The translations under genes were made by a program, and so were the position numbers. A DNA stretch of 64,000 bases from Azolla caroliniana. Its lineage: Eukaryota > Plantae > Polypodiophyta. The notes below the pieces were generated by a model. That model was given only the letters and a program-made list of their open reading frames with translations, did not search any database and was not told the origin of the DNA. Shown piece by piece: positions 1 to 10,521 of this stretch (within the stretch, counting starts at the first letter, position 1; each line of letters opens with the position of its first letter). The stretch is from NCBI GenBank assembly GCA_043228905.1, contig JBHGNT010000013.1, forward strand, positions 11,222,001-11,286,000. Reading direction: 5' to 3'.

Positions 1-68
1 CGGTCGGCTTGTCTGCTCATGTGGCCCTTATCAGCTCTTCTACTGTTGCGATGTTGACGCTTCTCCTG

Positions 69-3000
69 CTACCTTTTCTTCCGTTTGGGCCTCGGTTGAT
101 TCAACGTATCTGAATCAAACATCCGAACCGACTCGGCTACCTCCGATCGGTTTTCGCTCTCATCTGAGTTGGTTGTCTCCAACTTGTCTTCGGTCTTCTC
201 GCCCTCGATGGCGTCATCTTCCCCATGCATGGTTGGCTTCGGCTCTCTCCTTCGGCTGTTCCCCTTCTGTCCGCTTCCGGACTTTTCCGCGGGTCCGCCC
301 TCGGCTTCTTCAGCCGATCCGAAGTCGAACTCGACAACCGACTCGGTGTCGCGGTCTCCGCTCCTTTCCTGCTGCCTTGCTTGGTTGTTCGGGACTATTC
401 TCCCCCTCAAGTTTGGCACGTCGAGGTGACGCAATCCGAGCGCACCGGAGAATTGCTACAACTTGTCCAGACCAAGAGGCTTAGTGAAGATGTCAGCAGT
501 TTGCCGATCCGTCGGCACGTACTGAAGTTCGATTTCACCGAAAAGGACACGCTCACGGACGAAATGGTAGTGCACCTCAATGTGCTTGGTCCGTGCGTGG
601 AAAACGGGGTTTTTAGCGAGCTGGATGCTGCTGAGGTTGTCGCAGTAGATCGTCGTCGGATCTGACACCTCCTCTTGCAGGTCCTTAAGTAGCCGCTTCA
701 ACCATATGGCTTCGCATGTCGCGACAGCCGCTCCTCAGTACTCAACTTCGGTGCTCGACAGTGCAATTGTCGGCTGCTTCTTACTGCTCCACGCGATCGC
801 GGCACTCCCGAGGGAGAACGCGTATCCGGACGTGGATCGGCGATCAGCGGCGTTGCCAGCCCAATCATCATCGGTGTAGCCGACTAACTGCACGACTGCA
901 CCGGTTTGATATAGCAGTCCCTGATCCTTAGTGCCGTTGACATACCGAAGTATGCGTTGTGCACACTGAAGGTGCTCCTTGGTAGGTCGCGCCATGAACT
1001 GACTGATCACCCCGACCGGATAACTGAGGTCGGGTTGGGTGATGGTCAAGTATATGAGGCTTTCGACAATTTTTCGGAACCTCGTCGGGTCGCATACCTT
1101 TCCCGTATTGGGACGAAGCTTGACGGTTCTGTCCAGAGGAGTCGAGACGAACTTACAGTCGGCCAACCCGAATTTGAAGAGCATAGTCAGCACGTAATGA
1201 CGTTGGCTGATCAATATGCCTTCGGGGGTACGGATCACTTCGATCCCGAGGAAGTAATGAAGGTCCCCCAGATCCTTCATGTCGAACGATATCGCAAGCT
1301 GGAGCTTCACGCGGTCGATTTCACCTAGGTCGGCGCCGGTGATGACCAAGTCATCAACATATAGTAAAATACTAACCGGTCCGAGTCGACCTTTCCGGAT
1401 GAACAGGGAAGAGTCCGATTTTGACGTGACGAAGCCCATCCGACGCAGTTGTTGCGTGATCTTCGTGTTCCAGGCACGCGGGGCTTGCTTCAGTCCGTAA
1501 AGGGACTTCTTCAGTCGGCATACTGCCGAGGAGTTCGTTCCGGAGTGAAATCCGGGGGGCTGTACCATGTACACCTGTTCCTCAAGGTCACCTTGCAGGA
1601 AAGCATTCTTTACATCCATATGATGTAAGTGCCACCCCTTCACCGCAGCTACTGCGAGCAAAACACGGACGGTCGTCATTTTCGCGATTGGTGCAAATGT
1701 CTCATCGTAGTCGATGCCGTGTTTCTGCGCGTAGCCTTTTGGCACTAGCTGAGAGCCTTGTACCGGTTGACCGAGCCATCAGTGTTGTACTTGACCTTGT
1801 ACACCCATCTACACCCGATCGGTTTTACCCCTCTTGGTGCGTCAACCAGGTCCTAGGTCTCGTTCTCCGCCAATGCGTGCATCTCTTCCTCCATCGCGGC
1901 ACGCCAATTCGCGTCTTTAGCCGCTTTTGCGTAGCTCTCTGGCTCACGCACTTTCGCTACACGGGTCATGTACGCATAATGATGCGCCATGTACTCGTTG
2001 TATCCGAACCGCAAAACAGGATTCTTCTGGCGGGTAGATCGGCGTAATCTCGCATTAGCCGATGTCGAGGCCTTCTCGGTCGACGCGGACTTCACCTTTA
2101 AAGACCCGTCACCGGTTCCCTCGGAGTCGGACTCGCGTTGGTCTGACTCGTTCCTATCCGTGCCGGAATCCGACACCTTCTTCTTCCCTTTCTCTTTGCG
2201 CGTAAGCCGTCTCCTCGGCTTCCTGCGCGGGGAATGCATGGCCGAGTCTCCACTACTCGCCGGCTCTTCATCGGACTGGTCGTACCGACTCAATCGTCTA
2301 ATCGGTCCACTTAAACGGAGTGAAATCGGACTCTCTTCGTGGGTCTCGATTTCGGGCTCATTCGGAGGCATCTCGGCCTTGCTGATCTCATCGTCAGAGC
2401 TCGGATTGGAGTCAGGTTTCGGAGTCGGGGACTGGTACCAGGACGCGGACTCGTCAAACACAACGCCGCGGCTAACACGCGCTTGTTTGGTGCGAGGATT
2501 ATAACACTTATAACCCTTCTGCTCGTCCGAGTAACCGACCAGGATGCATTTCTCGGCCTTTGCATCCAGCTTCCTCCTTTTCTCCTTCGGTACATGCACA
2601 TACGCAATGCTACCGAACACCCTCAAGTGTCGCAAGTTTGGCTTCGTTCCGAAATATAGCTCGTGCGCTGACACTTTGTCTCCGATCCGGTTTTGGATGT
2701 ATACCGCGGTCCTTACCGCCTCGGCCCATTAGAACTTGGGCAAGCTCTTCTCCTCCAGCATTGCCCGTGCTGCTTCCACAACTGACCGATTCTTCCTCTC
2801 GGCCACGCCGTTCTGCTCCGGCGTGTATCTACAACTGAATTCGCGCCGAATTCCTATTTGTTGTAGATAACCGTTGAATTGACCGGAAAAGTACTCTTTC
2901 CCGCCATCCGACCGCAGACACTTGATCTTTCGTCCCGTTTCCATTTCCACGAACCCTTTGAGGTCCCAGAAATAGTCGAAGACTTCGCTCTTCCTCTCAA

Positions 3001-4709
3001 TGAGGTAGATCCATGTGTGCCGCGTGTGGTCATCGATGAAGGAGACGAAATATCGGTTCCCGCCAAGACTAACGTTTTGTGCCGGCCCCCACACATCGGA
3101 GTGTATAAGGTCGAGCTTGTTCCGGCTCCGGTTTCACTTGTTGGGGAAAGGAAGTCGGTGTTGCTTCCCGAGCTGGTAGGCTTCACAAATTTGTGCCTTT
3201 CGGCCACTAAATTTGGGCAATCCGAACACTACCTGTTTCGATTGCAGATCTTGAAGCCGCTGGTAGTTGACGTGGCCTATCCGCTTGTGCCACAAGTTGA
3301 TGTCCGACTCGGTTTTTCTTCCCTTCGCGAACATTGCGGTGCCGCCGTCAGTGAAGTCGAGGATGAACATCCTCCCGTCTCTGCACCCTTGTGCAATCAC
3401 ACGGCCTTCTTCCTCAATGAAGCACCCGAGGTGTGTAAACCGAACCTCCATCCCTTGGTCGACGATCTGTCCGACCGAGACCAAGTTCTTCGTGATTGTC
3501 GGAACGTGCAACACGTTCATGAGCTTCCCTTTCTGCCTGACATGGCTAAGGGGAACTTCTCCAACATTCGCGATCGGATGCAGAGTGTCGTCTCCCGTTG
3601 CGACTACTCCAGGTTGTATCGGTTTTTCAAGGTACGAGAAACCACTCCTTATGGCTCGTCATGTGGTTTGACGCGCCGGAGTCTACGTACCACACCTCGT
3701 CCGATCTCGTGGTGTTCTGTTTCATTGAGTTTGCTTCGTGTCTCGTCACGAAGGCAAACCCTTCTCCGGCTCTCCCGGAGTCTTCGGCGTAGTGCGATCG
3801 CTGCCGATTTCCCTTGTCGGTATGTCCGGAGCCGTTTCCGGAACCAGTTCTCTCTGAATCGGCGCGCTTCTTCCAGCACTCACTTTCCCTGTGGCCTTTC
3901 TTGCCACAGTACCAGCACTCCGCGATGCCCTTCCCTTGCCGGTTCTCATCGCTTCGACTCCCCCTGTTTCCGGAGGGTCCGGAGTTGATGTCGGCATCAC
4001 TTCGATGCCTTCTTCCTTGATCTCGTCGGCCGCCTCCATTGCGCGCCGACTCGCCTCGTCCTCCACGTCCACGGGGCCTATCTCCCTCCGTGTACAGCAT
4101 TCTGCTGTCGGTGTGCGTGCTTGTAGACGCACCCGCTTGGTTCTCCTCTACCAGGAGCATTGACTGTAAGTCGAAAAAGGACGACGACGTATTCTCCCGG
4201 GTACACACAGCCATTCGGAACGCTCCGAACTTCGACGCCAAGCCTCCGAGACAGATCTGGACCATCTCGCTCTCCTCGATGTTCACCTCTATGGAGGCGA
4301 GGGAGTCGCAGATATCCTTGATCTTCGAGGTATAGTCCGCGATCGATAAGTCGCGTTGTCTTAGGTTGCTCAACTCCTGTCGGAGCTGAAGCTTCCTGGC
4401 TGTGGTGCTCGCGGCGAAAATCTTCTTTAGATTTTCCCACGCACCCTTCGGCGTCTTTGCATCCCGAACATAGCTCAATAGCTGTTCGCCCACACACGAC
4501 GTGAAGCAGTATAATACCCTGCTCGCCGATTGCTCCCACGATGGGAAGTCTCTGTGTGTCGATTCGGGTGCCGCGTCATTAGCTCCTTCGACATAACTCC
4601 AGTAGCCGTGCCCGAGTAGGTACTGGTGCATCTTGTAGGACCAAGACGCGTAGTTGGTTCTATCGAGCTTCTCTGTTGGAAGTGAGCTCGCCATGCCTTT
4701 ATCCATCAT
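69..4709 (-). pseudogene. gag-pol: Copia gag-pol polyprotein, broken by stops/frameshifts, with acidic C-terminal extension after RNase H
   Basis: ORF pieces 3627-4709 (gag with CWYCGKKGHRESEC knuckle, PR start), 3134-3520, 2729-3094, 1853-2674, 735-1745 (RT), 456-701 (RH), 69-434 (extension). Confidence 0.93.
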
Positions 4710-4766
4710 TCTTCTTGTTCTTCTTCGTCAAGCTGTGACGGCTGCAGAGAGGTTCTCAACCCTCGC

Positions 4767-4778
4767 GCTCTGATACCA
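4767..4778 (-). promoter_or_regulatory. Primer-binding site, tRNA-iMet (TGGTATCAGAGC)
   Basis: gctctgatacca on + strand directly adjacent to the LTR end. Confidence 0.9.
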
Positions 4779-5223
4779 TGTAGAAAGTAGCGTGCGGAAG
4801 CAAGTATGAAGACCGAACAAAAGGAAGAACGCTCAGGTTTAATGGAGAGCTTGAGCTTACACAATATACGAGGGAGAGACAGAGAGAGAGTGAGAGAGAA
4901 AACACAAGAACTATGTTCAACAAAACATTACTCAATCTCTATTCACCACTCTATACATATGTGTGTTCAATGAACACTTTTATACAAGTCCTAGAAGGAC
5001 TGACAGTACTTCAATGCTCATTAAGAGCTCCTACACTAACTCCCAAATATATTCCTCACAGAATATCTTTCCTAACGGCGTCCCGGTTTACGCACCGATC
5101 CGACCCTACCTACGCACCGGTTTGCGTACCGGTTTACGCATTCGGCCTAACCGATCGGTCCCAACCAATCCAGTCCTCGGCTTCTTCAGCCGATCCGGCC
5201 GATGTTGAGCTTGTCTCTCAACA
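4779..5223 (-). repeat. 5' LTR of Cop1 (TG...CA)
   Basis: Termini tgtagaaag...ctctcaaca, PBS-adjacent; homologous to the partial LTR at 53150-53397. Confidence 0.88.
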
Positions 5224-7312
5224 GAATGTTTATCAAACTCACATAGTAGTCTATCAAAAGAATCTCCCAAACTACAATTTTATTGGAAGGGCTAATTAAA
5301 GGCCACTTGAGTGGTGTGTTTTTGGATGTCAAGAATATTGGACCACCGCCTTGTGCGTGGTGTACATACACTTTTGAGTGTGAAATGGTGAGATATGAAT
5401 GCTAGGAGTAGAGGTAGAAAAAGGGGTATTTAATATAGCCTCCCCTCTCCTCCTCTCCCTACAATTAAAACCCCTCAAGGAGGATAATAAGAGTGAAAGG
5501 GAAACTCTAAGTGAGTGTGAACCTACCCTTCCCTCTCCTTCTCTCCCATATGATGAAGAAGCATATGAGATACATAATTCAAAACTAGGCCACCCTACTA
5601 TGGCACTAGTCTAAGAATATTAATTATTGTTAAGGAAAAGTATGGAGAGAAATAAGGAAGAAATGGTGATGGTCTTGTTGGCATAAAAGGCCAACTCCTT
5701 CCAATTTGTATCTTAGTGTGAACACGTCTAAATAGTTAGGGTTTAGTATATAAGCAATAACCTAATGTTGTAATAATAGAGCTTCTTCATCATTCTTGTA
5801 TCATGAGTCTCTGAGAGAGAGATAGAACGAATGCAATAATAGAGCTTCCATTAAAGCTTAAACCGTGTCTATCCTCTCTTGTATCTCCTTGCCTCCACTT
5901 TGTGTGTAGTTTGCTGAACACATACGACAGGTCCTCACACATACGTTTCCGCGCATATTCAACTACAACAACTGGTATTAGAGAGACTTGCGGTTTGATA
6001 GCAACAAACAACAGAAAAGTTGAAAGGAAAAAGACCAAGTCAGAAAAATCTCACTTAGAAGAAGAACATGGCTTCAACATTTGGAACAAGAGTTGAAATC
6101 AAAAAATTCGACGACAAAAACTTTGCCCTATTGAAGGAGATGATGCAAGATGTGTTGATCATCAGAAGACAAGTCGAAGCCATTTGACACAGTGAAAAAC
6201 ATGCCTCAATGATAGCTGAAGAATGGAGATCTATGGATGAAATTGCTCGCTCCACCATTTGAATGCACCTAGTCGAAAACGTCTACTTTAGTATGGGAGA
6301 AGCTACAAGCCATGTACGAGAAAAAGTCATCATCTTGAAAATTGATTTTTCTCAAACAACTGTTCAACATGATGATGAGAGAGACCGATCCGACTACCTC
6401 CCACATCAACACCTTCAGCCGGGTGTTGTAAGAACTCTCCTCACAAGGGATCAACTTCGAAGAAGAAGTGCTCTTCAAAGTTGATCCCCTGCCCTCCTAT
6501 CGAGCTTGTTGGCAAGTTGGGATGTATTTTGCATGACCTACGCCAATAACTGACCAATCCTAAATCTGGATGAGACAATCAGCCAAGTCCTCACCGAAGA
6601 CATTCAAAGAAAATCGATGGGACTCACCATCAATGAGTCGGCAGAAGCCCACCACTCGACCGAGCCGACCAATACATTTAGTTGATCAAGAGAGCAAGCC
6701 GATAGAACCAGTCGGAACACCAACCGATCGAAGATGAGGGGAGACCGACAATGGTCGAAGTTGAGAACAGGCCGATCAGGTGAAGTCTGCACACACTGCC
6801 GAAAATTTGGCCACAATGTTTCCGACGGCTGGTGGATCAAGAGGAAAGAGAGTGGTCGGCGATCCAAGCAAAATCGAGGACGACCCGACTCAGACCACTC
6901 TCCGATTGGCAACCAAATCAACGTTGCTGACACTCGATCAGGAGAAATTCTCTCATTAGAGGATTCAATGATCGGAGAAGTCCTCTACAGTGCACAAGAT
7001 GCACACACGTGGTTATTGGATTTGGGTGCCATATTTCACGTGACCCCAAACATCGAGTGGTTTTCAAACTATTCGGTCGGTGCCAACGGCACAATCCGAC
7101 TAGGCAATAGGTAGGTGTGTAGAATAGTAGGAGTTGGCAAAGTACCGATTCAATTGCCAAACGACAACACAATAATCTTCCATCAAGTCTGACATGTACC
7201 CGATCTGAAAAGAAGTTTGGTCTCCATCGGCATGCTAGCTGAAGATGGGTATCGAACGACTCTAAGTGAGTCGACATGGATGATCAACTAAGGAAACTTG
7301 AGGATAGGAGGC
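5224..7312 (+). mobile_element. Ty1/copia element CopE, 5' part (LTR remnant, PBS at 5973, degenerate gag-protease)
   Basis: caaca-ac-TGGTATTAGAG at 5966-5983; gag MASTFGTRVEIKKFDDKNFALLKEMMQD from 6069; knuckle CTHCRKFGHNVSDG; protease WLLDLGAIFHVT. The LTR start is not defined. Confidence 0.8.
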
Positions 7313-7616
7313 TGTCCTAATATGGCAAGACTCGAACCCACTACCTTATATTATATGGGTCGAGCTCTTGACCATTAGACTATATGTTGTAATATGAAGG
7401 ATATTATTTTCATTTAAGTTTTACAATAGAAAATTGATGTATATTCTAGATTTCTTTCGAACATTCTAGAAACTTCAGGAGTACTCCTGAGAACACTATA
7501 AAAGGAGGCACAAGGCATTATTTCGAACCAAATCGGTTCAATGCTAGTCTTAAGCCTCCTAGCTACTAATGTATATTCTCTTAACATAATATATATCTTT
7601 TGTTATCATCATTCTT

Positions 7617-7649
<33 letters not shown>

Positions 7650-7790
7650 GAGTCTCTCTCTCTCACTCTTTCCTTCTCTCGAGAGTTCTACACCTCCCTT
7701 AGTACTAATCCTCATCTTTTAGTACTAATTCCTTCTCTGTCTTAATACTGTTCCTGACAGTACGTCTTTGTCTTAGTATTGCTCTTGATA
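7313..7790 (+). repeat. 5' LTR of ChrA
   Basis: Matches 25915-26292 and 28635-29095; TATA box TATAAAA at 7497; (CT)n tract ~7620-7665. Confidence 0.9.
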
Positions 7791-7792
7791 GT

Positions 7793-7805
7793 TTGAACCG
7801 ATTTG
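7793..7805 (+). promoter_or_regulatory. Non-tRNA PBS complementary to LTR R region (putative self-priming site)
   Basis: TTGAACCGATTTG is the exact reverse complement of CAAATCGGTTCAA at 7529-7541, ~30 nt downstream of TATA. Confidence 0.75.
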
Positions 7806-7884
7806 TCTTCTTCCTTCTCTTCCTTTATCTTCTTACTTCTCCTTCCCTTCATACTAATCTCTTATTCCTCTTTTCTCTCATACT

Positions 7885-9015
7885 ATGGCCACTGTTAGCA
7901 CTCAAGGATATCAATCCGTTTTTTCGGAGTTGCAATGCTTGAAAGAGAAGTTTCTCGCATTGGAACAAGAAAATCAATGGTTGTTGGGGGAACTTCAACA
8001 AATCTCCTTAGAGAAGCAACATACGCAACAACAACACGGGGAACTAGTGTTACGGGTGCAACAACTCGAAGCAACCATAGTAGCAATGCAACAACAAGGA
8101 CCTAGTACGTAAGGGGTTCATAAAGAACCCAAGATCGGCCATCCCATGAAATTTGATGGAACACGATTGCAGTTTAGAGGATTCCATAATCAAGTACAAT
8201 TAGTCATTCAAATGCATCATGCTCGATATCCCACCGATGCATCACGAGTGGGTTTTGTAGGCACGTTGTTAAGTGGCTCAACTTTGGCATGGTTCACTCC
8301 GTTGTTAGAAAAGGAATCTCCTTTACTAAACAATTTTGAAGAGTTTTTAAGTGAGTTTAAAGCTTGTTTTGGAGATATTGACAACATAAGGACAACAATC
8401 AACAAATTCCGACGATTACGTCAAGGTGATCGTCCAGCCTCCATATACGCTGCAGATTTCCGCCTACTCACCTCCTATATCCCATGGGATGACCAAGCAC
8501 TTATGGAGCAATTTCGTTATGGTCTACATAACGATGTCAAGGATTTACTCTTGACCTTGATGGAAGCAATCAGTCGCGCAGTGAGATGCAACAACCGTCT
8601 TTTAGAACGACGTTCGGAATGTCAGTTCCAGATGCCAAGGGCAAGATCAGAGCCCACCTATGCCTCAGTGGTAGCAAAACCTTTTCCAAGGGAGTCATAT
8701 AATGCGTCTCCAGTGAATACTCCAACTCCGATGGAAATTGACACTACACGTCGTCACAGATCATTATTGGAAGAAGAAAAGCAGCGACGCTAAGCAAATC
8801 GACTATGTCTTTATTGCGGTGGAGCAAGGCATATTGCAGTGAACTGTCCCCATAGGCCAAGAAGACAGTCGAACCAAATAGTTGCTAGTTCTAATTGTAC
8901 TAAACCCGAGTCTATTTCAGTAAGAATATCTGATAGTCCTAATAGTACTAATAGCCCAAATCTATCGAACAAATTTGATGTCCTTAGTCACTTAAAAGAA
9001 GAGTTAAACGACTAA
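7885..9015 (+). pseudogene. gag: Chromovirus Gag (coiled-coil N-terminus, capsid, CCHC knuckle)
   Basis: ORFs 7885-8112 and 8146-8793; PTPMEID motif; CLYCGGARHIAVNC in frame after a premature TAA; terminal stop after EELND. Confidence 0.9.
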
Positions 9016-9055
9016 GTTCAGCCAAAATAGGAGCCGTTTGGTTGGAGAACCCTAG
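9003..9055 (+). promoter_or_regulatory. Putative -1 ribosomal frameshift signal (G_TTA_AAC + stem-loop/pseudoknot)
   Basis: Slippery heptamer in gag frame one codon before the stop; the -1 frame is open into protease; stem 9017-9026/9037-9046. Confidence 0.65.
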
Positions 9056-9472
9056 ATCTGTGCAGCCCATTAGTGGTTCCATTCCCTCTAAGCAAGTTAG
9101 TAATGTGTTCTTAGCCCAAGTAACCATTAGTACTAAAAGTACCTCTCTAGTACATGTCTCAACACTCCTAGATTCCAGAGCTAATTCTTGCTTCATGGAT
9201 AGGAATTTTCCCAAGGTCATCAGATATCCCTAAGGAAACTCCCGTGTCTAGTCTCTGTAGTAGTCATTGATGGTCGTCCTATTGCTTCCGAAAATATCAT
9301 AGAAGAGTCAGAGCCCATTAATATTGTCCTAGATAATTTAGCGTGTGTAGTATCCTTTAATATAACTAGTATCCTAGAACATCCCATTGTTTTGGGATTA
9401 CCATGGTTCAAATTACATAACCCAGACATAGATTGGAGAATAAGAGAAATCCGGTATCGACAAACCCGAGGA
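9016..9472 (+). pseudogene. pol: Chromovirus aspartic protease (ChrA)
   Basis: LLDSRANSCFM (degenerate DSGA) and IVLGLPWF motif; homologous to 40566-40949. Confidence 0.85.
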
Positions 9473-10521
9473 CTCCACTATATATAAGAAGGTTGTATCA
9501 CGTGCGTTCATGACATCATTTATAAACCCCTTATACATATGTTTTTTACTATTTTAGTGACCCTTGTGTAGAAAAAAGATTAATAAAAATACCCCTTATT
9601 ACGAATATATTTTTTGATAATCACCCATTTTAAATACCCTTACATATAAAATATACATGCACACATAGTTTCTATTCCTAGACAGGATCAATGACCGTCT
9701 TTACAATTGATGACTCGCAAAATTATGAATCAACATTAGACATCATATGCAAATTCCTAGAAATGCTTCATCAAGTGCCACATAGATTGAAAACACAATC
9801 TGTAAAGTTCAAAGTAATGCACACACAATTAGGAAACATTACCCAAAAACACTAGAGGTATAATATATACAAGCCACATATAAGTTTTTGTTTTTAGTTT
9901 ATTGAGACGTATGAAGAATAGACTGATAAAAAACAATGTAATTTACAATAAAACAATCTTGAACTTAACATATATATCTCAAAAAACACACATGGAACAA
10001 TCTAAAATGCATATCAATAATGAAATTACTAACAAATTAACATTATGTTTGGTTTCATGGATAGACTCATATGAAGCCATACCATTCTTTTTTCTCAAAC
10101 ACATTGATCAAACAAATGACAACCTACTTCATATTTCCATTTGAAATGTAAGACATCATCTATTCACACATTCTTACCCCAATCAAAATGAAATAAAATA
10201 AATCATTTTGTTATTGCAATATCTACTTAAAAGACTTATTACAATAAAGGTTGCCCTTATAAAGACCAACTATATAAAAAGAAAACCCTAAGAAGTTCAT
10301 TTTAGGCTATAAATTTCATGTCGTTTCCATCTTCAACGTTGGACCTGTATTATAACATGTAACAACAAAGGCAAGAAAACTTAATATACATGGAAGTAAA
10401 TAATATCTTAAAGAAATCAGAAAATATATTTGGAATACCGTATGTTTATATTTGGTTTCTACTCTTTTCTCCTTTTCCTATTAAAATAAAAGGCATAAAT
10501 ATTAAGTTACTTTAATATATA

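Larger units (their letters stand above)
1..5223 (-). mobile_element. Ty1/copia LTR retrotransposon Cop1 (3' LTR lies beyond window start)
   Basis: Minus-strand order: 5' LTR 4779-5223, tRNA-iMet PBS, gag, protease (WYVDSGASNHM), GAG-pre-integrase, integrase (PEQNGVAERKN), RT (LLYVDDL), RNase H (TKHIEVHYHFVRE). Confidence 0.95.

Noticed and set aside
2879-3988. 369-aa plus-strand ORF and similar antisense ORFs (1989-2504, 19843-20460, 45278-45934)
   Set aside because: They are shadows of GC-rich copia coding sequence on the opposite strand, with no recognisable domains.
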